Source: Cyanophyceae cyanobacterium
Lineage (GTDB): Bacteria > Cyanobacteriota > Cyanobacteriia > Cyanobacteriales > Laspinemataceae
DNA length: 64,000 nucleotides
Assembly (NCBI GenBank): GCA_038321985.1
Contig: JBBQFN010000016.1
Coordinates: forward strand, 32,001 to 96,000
Direction of reading: 5' to 3'
The notes beneath the pieces were generated by a model. The model did not search any database. It worked only from the letters and a program-made list of their open reading frames with translations, and had not been told where the DNA came from. The translations under genes were made by a program, and so were the position numbers. Positions 31,789-39,514 of the stretch are shown piece by piece. Every line of letters starts with the position of its first letter. Positions within the stretch are counted from its first letter, which is position 1.

Positions 31789-32658
31789 ATGGATAACTCC
31801 AATAATCAAAACTCCGATAACTCACCCGTCTGTGAAAACATCAGGCTTGACCAAATTTCTCCCCCGAGGTTTCAACCTCGGACATATTTTGATGAACAGG
31901 CGATGGCGGAACTCACGGCCAGCGTTCAACAATATGGCATCCTTCAGCCGATTCTTGTACGACCTTTAGGAGACGAGCAGTATGAATTGGTCGCTGGAGA
32001 ACGCCGGTATAAAGCAGCCAAAGCTGTTGGCCTGACTCAAGTGCCGGTAGTGGTGCGGAAAATGAGTGACATTGAAGCGATGCAATACGCCCTGCTGGAG
32101 AATTTGCAGCGGGAGAATTTGAACCCGGTTGAGGAAACCGAGGGGATTTTACAACTGTTGGAATTGAACCTAAAAACAGACCGTTCATCTATCATTTCCT
32201 TGCTCAACCGGATGGCTAATCAGGAAAGAAATCTTACGGATAACGTTATCCGTAAAGAAGACCGAGAAGCCATTTCCTCAGTTTTCCAAAGTTTGGGTAA
32301 ACTGTCTCCTGAGTCATTCAGAACAAACCGGCTGCCTCTGCTTAATCTGCCGGGGGATATTTTGGAGGCTATCCGTCGCGGACAGATCGAGTACACCAAA
32401 GCTAAAGCACTCTCTAAAGTTAAAGAGGCTGAACTTAGGACAGAAATTCTCAACCAAGCAATTACTCAATCCTGGTCTTTGCGCCAAATTAGGGAGTATA
32501 TTAAATCTCGACATTTACCAGCTAAACCCCAAGAAGTACAAGCTCGAATGGAGGCTATTCCCAAGAAAATGAAAAAGCTCAAAATCTGGGAGGACCCTGA
32601 AAAGTGGAACAAAGTTGAAATTTTACTGAAAGAATTGGAAATACTATTGGTAGAGTAA
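31789..32658 (+). CDS. parB: ParB/RepB/Spo0J family partition protein (orphan, plasmid-type)
   Basis: QPRTYFD, GILQPILVRP, the LVAGERRY CTP-binding motif and ENLQRENLNPVEE. Confidence 0.93.
   Translation: MDNSNNQNSDNSPVCENIRLDQISPPRFQPRTYFDEQAMAELTASVQQYGILQPILVRPLGDEQYELVAGERRYKAAKAVGLTQVPVVVRKMSDIEAMQYALLENLQRENLNPVEETEGILQLLELNLKTDRSSIISLLNRMANQERNLTDNVIRKEDREAISSVFQSLGKLSPESFRTNRLPLLNLPGDILEAIRRGQIEYTKAKALSKVKEAELRTEILNQAITQSWSLRQIREYIKSRHLPAKPQEVQARMEAIPKKMKKLKIWEDPEKWNKVEILLKELEILLVE
32234..32255. promoter_or_regulatory. perfect 22-bp palindrome inside parB (candidate parS site)
   Basis: TTACGGATAACGTTATCCGTAA is its own reverse complement. The parS role is inferred. Confidence 0.5.
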
Positions 32659-32798
32659 GATTAGACTTGAAAGTTAGTTAAAGATAGACAAGGGTTTTAG
32701 GGGATGGAAACTTGCATTGGATTCTACATAACTGCTTAGTAGTCTTTAAAGTCAAATGTGTTATGCTATTATCTGAAAAAAGCGCGGAGAGATAAAGT

Positions 32799-33260
32799 AT
32801 GCTAGAAACGCCACTACTCGCTCAAATGGTTACTTCACTTATAGTTCCAGCAATTCCTTACCTGCTAAAAGGAGGTGAACAAGCTTGGACTGAAGCCTCA
32901 AAAAAAATCGGAACTGATACATGGGAGTGGGCTAAAACTATTTGGACAAATCTTGTATCTTATTCTAAGTCAAAATCAAATGGGGAAGAGACAGTTAAAG
33001 AAGTTTTAAAAGCAGCTCAAGAACTAGCTGACAACCCTGCTGATCCAGATGCTGAAGTAGTATTGCGTGTTCAAATCAAAAAACTTTTAGCCTCTGATCC
33101 AGAACTTAGCTTAGAAATTGAAAAAGCTCTTAATGAAGCTGAAAAATCTGGTGTTCCAACCAGTATTCGTGTTGGGGGTGTAGATATTAGTGGGGGAGCA
33201 AACGTTACTAATTCAGGGAATTTGGTTGGGGGTAATCAAACATTCACTAATCAGAAATAG
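32799..33260 (+). CDS. Bell-like helical protein with C-terminal amyloid-signalling-like motif
   Basis: Hydrophobic N-terminal helix, about 115-aa helical body (KKIGTDTWEWAKTIW...ELADNPADPDAEVVLRVQIKKLLASDPEL), then GGVDISGGANVTNSGNLVGGNQTFTNQK. Confidence 0.7.
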   Translation: MLETPLLAQMVTSLIVPAIPYLLKGGEQAWTEASKKIGTDTWEWAKTIWTNLVSYSKSKSNGEETVKEVLKAAQELADNPADPDAEVVLRVQIKKLLASDPELSLEIEKALNEAEKSGVPTSIRVGGVDISGGANVTNSGNLVGGNQTFTNQK

Positions 33261-33270
33261 ATTCAAGGAC

Positions 33271-33867
33271 ATGAAAGAAAATCCTACTTCTAATGAGCCT
33301 AAAAAAGAGGGGACGAATGATGAAAATCTTAAACCTTCGGATGATTCTAAGGGGCCAGAGAAACCTGATGAATCTAATAAACCTATTTCTGAAGAAGAGG
33401 GTTTAAATTTTGCCAAAAGGGTATTTAAATCTGAAAAAACTCAGGATGAAGAATTAAATTCAGACGAAGAAAAAGAATTTTTTAAATACCTTAAAGATCG
33501 GCAAAAATATCGGCAAAAAGTGAAAGCCCTGGGACTTGATGATTCCCCAACAATTTACTATGGAGGTATTCATATTAATGATAGCACTGTAGAAAATCAT
33601 GGAAATTTAGTAGGAAATGACCAGAACAGTCATACAAATACTAATACAGGAGGCTTTTCAGGTCAAGCCACTGAAAAAGCTGAGGATACCCCAGAAGATA
33701 CTGCATCTATTGAGTCTGTATTTGATAAAGCGGAAGATATTAAACAGCGTAGCTTTATGATTGCTTTGGCAACGCTTAATGGATACAATTATCGTATAGT
33801 AATTGAATCTACTCAACACTTACAATCTATTCTCAAACGACTAGAAGAAAATGAGGTAGAAGCATGA
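33271..33867 (+). CDS. hypothetical protein with internal amyloid-like motif matching the upstream gene
   Basis: ATG at 33271, 10 nt after the upstream stop. Charged disordered N-terminus, GGIHINDSTVENHGNLVGNDQN motif and a short helical C-terminus (RSFMIALATLNG). Confidence 0.7.
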   Translation: MKENPTSNEPKKEGTNDENLKPSDDSKGPEKPDESNKPISEEEGLNFAKRVFKSEKTQDEELNSDEEKEFFKYLKDRQKYRQKVKALGLDDSPTIYYGGIHINDSTVENHGNLVGNDQNSHTNTNTGGFSGQATEKAEDTPEDTASIESVFDKAEDIKQRSFMIALATLNGYNYRIVIESTQHLQSILKRLEENEVEA

Positions 33868-34931
33868 CATCGATGGGTACAAATCCCGGAATAAGTGAAA
33901 AGAAACGAAGTGAGTGGCTTAAAGAAATGTCGGCATATCTTGCTGATGATTATGAAGTTACTGAATATGGTAAGAGCCGAATTAAGACTGTTTTATTTAC
34001 AGAAGAAGTAGCTCCGATATCTATTCTATCCCATGTTTGGCATGAGTACGATACTTATGCACAAGCCTTACTTATTTGGTTGTATGAACTAAGGAGTCAT
34101 CCAAATTCTGATGTACGATTGAGGGTAGCAGCAGTTGCAGGACATTTAGCACTATATGAATTTCGTCCAGTTTATGAAAAAGTGATTTTACCTTGGGCAA
34201 AATTAGATAACGAGAGTGCACAAAAATTAGCAGCATTAGCGCTTACTATAGTAGCAGTTGAGGAGGATGAAGAAATTGCTAAACAATCCTTAAATATTCT
34301 TGAACGCTGGAGTAAACTAAAAAACTCATATAATTTACAATGGACAGCTATTGCTGCATATGGAAGTTATATCGGCTTACTATATCCTCAGCAAGCCATT
34401 GAAAATTTAAAGACAATTGCTCAATCAGGTGACGGGCGCTTATTTCCCTATATTGTTCAAGCTGTAGCCAATTTATTTGACTCTGCTCAACAGATTTCTA
34501 CTCAACACTTTCTTATATTAAAATCTTTAAAAGAATGGGCTGAACCATCTCATCAAAGTTCTCTTAATAAATTAAGTTTAATTATTTTTTGGGGTTTAAT
34601 GAGGGAATCATGGATTATTAAGGATGAAGTTCGCCAGCCAACTTTACTTTGGTTGGCTAAAAAAGACAAGGAATTGGAAGAATTAATAATATATTTGATG
34701 AGAAGAGGTCTTAATTTGGAACTTACTAGAAATTTAATACTAGCTGAGATTTTCAATTGGCTAAAATTGGTTGATAAACAAGATAGCTTATACAAAACTT
34801 TAGGAAGAATTATTTTTACATTAGCAAGCCCCGGTAAAGAGTATGAACGGATGTCCCACTATTTAAGGAAATATGGTAAAGATTCCCCAACAGCTTTGAA
34901 AATTCTACAATTAATCGAAAAATATCATTAA
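33864..34931 (+). CDS. alpha-helical HEAT/ARM-like hypothetical protein
   Basis: 355-aa ORF with an ATGA overlap and GAGGT upstream. Repeated helix pairs (DVRLRVAAVAGHLA; SAQKLAALAL; NLQWTAIAAYG). Confidence 0.7.
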   Translation: MTSMGTNPGISEKKRSEWLKEMSAYLADDYEVTEYGKSRIKTVLFTEEVAPISILSHVWHEYDTYAQALLIWLYELRSHPNSDVRLRVAAVAGHLALYEFRPVYEKVILPWAKLDNESAQKLAALALTIVAVEEDEEIAKQSLNILERWSKLKNSYNLQWTAIAAYGSYIGLLYPQQAIENLKTIAQSGDGRLFPYIVQAVANLFDSAQQISTQHFLILKSLKEWAEPSHQSSLNKLSLIIFWGLMRESWIIKDEVRQPTLLWLAKKDKELEELIIYLMRRGLNLELTRNLILAEIFNWLKLVDKQDSLYKTLGRIIFTLASPGKEYERMSHYLRKYGKDSPTALKILQLIEKYH

Positions 34932-34943
34932 GGGAGAAAGGAG

Positions 34944-35954
34944 ATGTCAGAAGAAAAGCTGCTGTTTGTCGAAAAGCAATTGAATCGATGGAAACGTCCT
35001 GAATCACCTAAACCGGGAACTGCTTTTGTTTTCGTAGGTGATGGGAAGCCCTCTATTGTGGTTTATGAAGGTCAACAAGGCCCAACACTAGGAGAGCTAA
35101 TATGGGGTAAATACACTGTATATTATGAAGTAGATATGGGGGAACGTTCGCTTGACTTCCATGAAAAAATACCTTGTGCTGATGCTTTTGAATTCAATGC
35201 AGAAGTGAGATTGACCTATGCTGTAAATGATAATCCAGTTGTTCAAGCCCCTGCTTTAATTGTACGTTCTGCTAGAACCGATGCCAGCCAATTCCTCAAA
35301 AATTTAGCAATTGATGTAATGCGGCGTACTAGCCGAAGATACCCTCATGAGGAGAGTGGAAAGGCAGAAAACTCTATTGCGGCCCAGATTGAAGAAGAGG
35401 TTCGTGATAAAGGTTTTAAACTTAGTCGTTCTGCTTTTGTCAAGCTTTCTTTAGATGAAGCTGTTCGTAGTCGTCTGGTTAACAGACAATTAGGCAATTA
35501 TGATTTTCAGGACCAAGAAACTAAGATTGCTAGGGATTTTAAGCTAGAAGAGTTCCAACAAAACGCTAAGTTTAACTTAAAAGAAAAAAAAGCACACTTT
35601 TTTGCTCCTTTAATAAAAGAAGGTGATTGGGAAACTCTTTTAGCAATGCTCGATCCAAATGACCCTGAAGATGCAGCTATTAAAGGAATGATAGAAGCAA
35701 CTTGGAATCAAGAGAAAATGCTGGCTGAAAAACAGCAAAAACTGTTTGAACTTGCTTTAGAAAAAGGTGCAATAGAAGATTATGAACTTGGAAATGCTGC
35801 TAGAAAAGCATTAGAAGGATTTACTGAAGTACCTAGAAAATCAGTAGCTTCCTTACAAAGTGGCTCAACAATTGAAGATGCAGAAAGTGTTTCAATAGAT
35901 AAACAAGCAGATAAGCCTGAAGAATTAGGCCGAGATGAAAATGAAAATGAATAG
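34944..35954 (+). CDS. divergent SPFH/band-7-like protein
   Basis: AAGGAG RBS. YEVDMGERSLDF..IPCADAFEFNAEVRLTYAV..P...VMRRTSRRY pattern fits an SPFH core followed by a coiled coil; no N-terminal TM. Confidence 0.6.
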   Translation: MSEEKLLFVEKQLNRWKRPESPKPGTAFVFVGDGKPSIVVYEGQQGPTLGELIWGKYTVYYEVDMGERSLDFHEKIPCADAFEFNAEVRLTYAVNDNPVVQAPALIVRSARTDASQFLKNLAIDVMRRTSRRYPHEESGKAENSIAAQIEEEVRDKGFKLSRSAFVKLSLDEAVRSRLVNRQLGNYDFQDQETKIARDFKLEEFQQNAKFNLKEKKAHFFAPLIKEGDWETLLAMLDPNDPEDAAIKGMIEATWNQEKMLAEKQQKLFELALEKGAIEDYELGNAARKALEGFTEVPRKSVASLQSGSTIEDAESVSIDKQADKPEELGRDENENE

Positions 35955-35997
35955 ACTCGTGTTTGTTTACTAATCCAAAAGAGAGTTAATTAGAGCT

Positions 35998-37368
35998 ATG
36001 CGTATTTTTTTTCAAACTGTATGGGAGTTATTACTCCCCATACAGGCACCTTGGCAGCAACTGCTAGTTCTTTTCTTAGCTATGCCTTTTGTCCCCTGGT
36101 TTATACTACGGGTTCTACCTTGGCTGAGTGTTTTGTTCTTACAAATGCTTCTATTTTTGATAAAATTTGTGACTCAATTCTTATCATTTTTTGAGTATAA
36201 AGTAAGTCAGTATATAAGGAAAAGAAAGAAAAAAGTACCAGAGTTACTCTATCGATTAACTGATGCCCTTAGTGCGAGTATTTCCCTTACCCAATTTTTA
36301 AAAGAGAAAGGGGATGGCTTATCTATAATTACACGTCGGATTCCTTGGGTATTTCATCAAAAAGCTTGGTATGCTTTACCTTTAATTATTTTGCCTATTT
36401 GGTTTGTACGGCCTTATATAACTAACAACGGGATTGCTACATTAGTTGATAATAGTGTTAACTGGTGGTGTGGTCTTGAACATTGGATTATGGCAGGTGA
36501 ATGGACAGGTTCCAATTTAACTTGTCATTATCCTGATTCAAATCCTAAGTGGAACAGTTTTTTTAAATCCCGGGAGTATGAATTAAAAAGAAAAATTCAG
36601 CAATACACGAAAGAGATTGAGCGTCAGGTAGATAATCCAATTCTCTATTATAATCGAGGCACGGCCCAATTAAATTTAGAAGATATTAATGCGGCATTTG
36701 AAGATTATACTGCAAGTATAAATTCCGATAAAAATTATGCCTCTGCTTATGTTGGTCGCGGTGATATTTATTTAATTAAAGGAGATGAAAAAGCTGCTTT
36801 TAGCGAATATTTTAAAGCAGTCACTGCTAATCCAAAATATCCTGCTGCTTATGTTGGTCGTGGTCATGTTTATTTGGCTATGAAAGATAATGCTTCTGCA
36901 TTTAAGGAGTATTCTACTGCGGTTAAGCTAGATTCTAATTATGCCCCTGGATATGTTGGCCGTGGGGAAGTATATCAGATAATAGGAGACAAAAATGCTG
37001 CCTTAAGAGAATATAAAAAAGCTTTGCAAATCAATTCTGATTATGTGACTGCTTACGCAAAAATAGCAAACCTTTATTATGCTAATTTTGATAATCGTGA
37101 AGCGGCTATCAATGAATATGAAAAAGCAAAAAAAATAGCTAGAAAAACTTATAATATAACCCTTTACTATGAAATCAATCAAAACTTAATGGCTTTAAAT
37201 CGTTACACAATACATCAAGTAAAGTCAGGAGATTATTTAAGTAAAATTGCTAGAAGTTATAATGTAAGTGCATCAGATATAATTTCATCAAATAGGGAAA
37301 CTTATCCAACATTAGTCACTAATCCAAACCGTATTGAAGTGGGTTGGAAGTTAAAAATTCCTCAATAG
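35998..37368 (+). CDS. membrane-anchored TPR-repeat protein with C-terminal LysM domain
   Basis: Two or three N-terminal hydrophobic segments, about five TPRs (AYVGRGDIY/AYVGRGHVY/GYVGRGEVY) and LysM HQVKSGDYLSKIARSYNVS...NPNRIEVGWKLKIP. Confidence 0.9.
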   Translation: MRIFFQTVWELLLPIQAPWQQLLVLFLAMPFVPWFILRVLPWLSVLFLQMLLFLIKFVTQFLSFFEYKVSQYIRKRKKKVPELLYRLTDALSASISLTQFLKEKGDGLSIITRRIPWVFHQKAWYALPLIILPIWFVRPYITNNGIATLVDNSVNWWCGLEHWIMAGEWTGSNLTCHYPDSNPKWNSFFKSREYELKRKIQQYTKEIERQVDNPILYYNRGTAQLNLEDINAAFEDYTASINSDKNYASAYVGRGDIYLIKGDEKAAFSEYFKAVTANPKYPAAYVGRGHVYLAMKDNASAFKEYSTAVKLDSNYAPGYVGRGEVYQIIGDKNAALREYKKALQINSDYVTAYAKIANLYYANFDNREAAINEYEKAKKIARKTYNITLYYEINQNLMALNRYTIHQVKSGDYLSKIARSYNVSASDIISSNRETYPTLVTNPNRIEVGWKLKIPQ

Positions 37369-37385
37369 TTGCCGCTCGCAGCACC

Positions 37386-37754
37386 ATGCCAAAACTTCCC
37401 CACTGTCAAATCTGCGGCTATTACGCTCACCTCTATGCCTTCGTGGAGTGTTTTGCAGCCTGATAGCATCGAGGGCGAGATTTGCCAACATATAACCCAG
37501 ATGTAACGCTGTAAGACAAGCTGTTCTGAGATATCCTGGACTTGGACGAATTGGACATTGATATTGCGATCAACAATCCCTATCAGGACCAACCCGAGCA
37601 AAACGGGTCCCTGATGGCGGGCAGTTCGGGCGAGTTGCGGTGGGGTGGAATGCGACCCCTTTCAACTGGGACTACTTCCTGCGTCATTCGACGTAATCCT
37701 CACCTAGAGGCTGTTACCAGGTTGGAATTGGACTGTGCCCCTGACAGAGACTAA
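37386..37754 (+). pseudogene. decayed Cys-rich hypothetical gene
   Basis: MPKLPHCQICGYYAH...* followed by fragments DIDIAINNPYQDQPE and PLSTG...ELDC. Resembles a cyanobacterial plasmid-type MPKxPxCxxC...HPLFTG..C...WDC family (recall only). Confidence 0.45.
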
Positions 37755-37995
37755 AAACTGAAAAGGGTTGCAGGTTGTCTGTGGCGCTTGCAACTCTCAC
37801 AATCGTAATCACCGTGGCGTGGTATACAACTCTCAAAAGGTCCCCCGACTCATTGAGTGGAATTGTTCCGGTGCTTTCGTGCGATCGGTCAATCCGCCAC
37901 CGAACCGATCGCCTACTAAAGAGCAACCCGTTTGGCTATGACATCCCTTGCCTCTAAACGTACATCTATGAAAAAGATAGCTCCTTTCTTCGAGG

Positions 37996-38041
37996 CGATC
38001 GCTCAACTCCCAACGAACCGATCGCTCAACTTCCAACGAAC
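37996..38041. repeat. 23-bp tandem duplication containing a HIP1 core
   Basis: CGATCGCTCAACTCCCAACGAAC / CGATCGCTCAACTTCCAACGAAC. Confidence 0.8.
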
Positions 38042-38067
38042 CCGATAACCTTGTCCCTGTTGCATCG

Positions 38068-38805
38068 TCAAAAAGTCCGGTTCTCCACAAAAGTTTTTAA
38101 CTTAGAAGCATTCCTCACGGCATTTCCGCCGCCGTCGTTGTTGAAGTAGACGAAGGCGCTGTGCCCCTGACTTTCCCACTCCCTAAGACGTGAAGCCCAC
38201 CAGGACAAATCCTCGTCTGAGTAGGATCCTCCGTAGAGAGAGTGGGGATCGGGGCCGTGAAGCCGTACATAGACGAAAGGCGCTGTGGCGCGCAGGATGC
38301 AAGGCAGATGTGCCCCGCTCATCACGCAGTAAGCGACTCCAAAGCGTTCCAGGAGCGAAAATACCTCTTCTATGTGCCAGCTTGGATGTCGGAATTCCAT
38401 TGCTACTCTGATCCAGGGGGGCAATTGTTCTAAAAAGTAGGCTAGGCGGGGCAAGTCGCAGCCAAATTTGGGAGGAAGTTGGACCAGGAAAATGCCGAGG
38501 CGATCGCCCAGGCATTCGAGTCCCGTGGCTATCCGTGCTAACCAGTTCTCTGGGGAGTAAAGGCGCTGGGAGTGCGTTAACCCCCGGGGCGCTTTTACAG
38601 TCATCAGAAATCCTTGGGGGAGGCGGTGCTGCCAGTTAGTAAAGGTCGCATCTGGGGGCCATCGATAGTAAGTGCTGTTAACTTCGACGGTTTGATATTG
38701 CTGAATATAGTAATCCAGTCTGGAACGCGGCGCTAACTGGTAAGGATAAAGCACACCTTCCCAATGTTGGTAACTCCAACCTGAAGTGCCGATGCAAATG
38801 GTCAT
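38068..38805 (-). CDS. DUF72 domain protein
   Basis: IGTSGWSY..W, TVEVNSTYY, LVQLPP, EFRHPSW, YVRLHG and YFNND. Confidence 0.93.
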   Translation of the reverse strand: MTICIGTSGWSYQHWEGVLYPYQLAPRSRLDYYIQQYQTVEVNSTYYRWPPDATFTNWQHRLPQGFLMTVKAPRGLTHSQRLYSPENWLARIATGLECLGDRLGIFLVQLPPKFGCDLPRLAYFLEQLPPWIRVAMEFRHPSWHIEEVFSLLERFGVAYCVMSGAHLPCILRATAPFVYVRLHGPDPHSLYGGSYSDEDLSWWASRLREWESQGHSAFVYFNNDGGGNAVRNASKLKTFVENRTF

Positions 38806-38992
38806 TGCCTTGACTCCAATGCAAATTATGTTTGGGTATGAATTTTAAACTTTGCTTCGATAGCCTCTAAATATAAGTCGCGAGTTTCTTAGCCATCTCT
38901 ACACTTGGGGTGAAGTCTGCAATAATACTCAAGGTAGAGGTAACGATAAACTAAAGATTGCTACGGTTGGGGTAAGTTCTATCTTTGACGCT

Positions 38993-39415
38993 ATGACTTC
39001 AAACAAAAATACGCCCAATCGGCTTAAAGGAATTCTCCGGGTTGTCTTATCGGTAGCCATCATTTTAGTAGGCATTACCCACTTTACTCACCCCGATCAA
39101 TATGTCAGAATTGTGCCGCCTCAATTACCTTACCCAACTGAGTTGGTCTATATTAGCGGATTTTTCGAGATTTTAGGAGGTATTGGCTTACTGATTCCAT
39201 TTGTCAGCGTTGCGGCTGCCTGGGGACTGATTGCTCTGTTTGTGGCGGTTTTCCCCGCTAATATCAATCAGGCGATTAATAGTATTCCTATTGAAGGTAT
39301 TCCTCATCATCCGTGGCTTTACTGGGCTAGACTGCCTTTTCAGGCTGTTTTGATTGCTTGGGCTTGGTGGTACACTCAAAAACCCGATGAACAACTGGGC
39401 GCTTTTAAAGAATAA
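38993..39415 (+). CDS. DoxX-like membrane protein
   Basis: GITHF..P..Y..IVPP.LP, SGFFEILGG, AVFPANI and RLPFQ. Confidence 0.85.
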   Translation: MTSNKNTPNRLKGILRVVLSVAIILVGITHFTHPDQYVRIVPPQLPYPTELVYISGFFEILGGIGLLIPFVSVAAAWGLIALFVAVFPANINQAINSIPIEGIPHHPWLYWARLPFQAVLIAWAWWYTQKPDEQLGAFKE

Positions 39416-39514
39416 TTATAGCCTTTGGTTCGCTGGTGAACTCTACCCCTGGGCTTAGGCAAAATGATAGATAAGTTGACGGCTGTGGGTTTTTATAGAG
39501 CAACAAAGAATCCT

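Larger units (their letters stand above)
30928..37900. mobile_element. degenerate integrated plasmid-derived island (boundaries approximate)
   Basis: AT-rich, no perfect HIP1 seen, recD2 relic plus orphan ParB on the left and a decayed Cys-rich gene on the right. No integrase or att site found. Confidence 0.65.

Noticed and set aside
31676..31969. 97-aa ORF overlapping the parB start as a possible parA remnant
   Set aside because: No Walker A or ParA-like sequence; it is an alternative-frame shadow ORF.
33190..33270. Upstream GTG start making gene 2 overlap the gene 1 motif
   Set aside because: The ATG at 33271, just after the gene 1 stop, is the simpler start.
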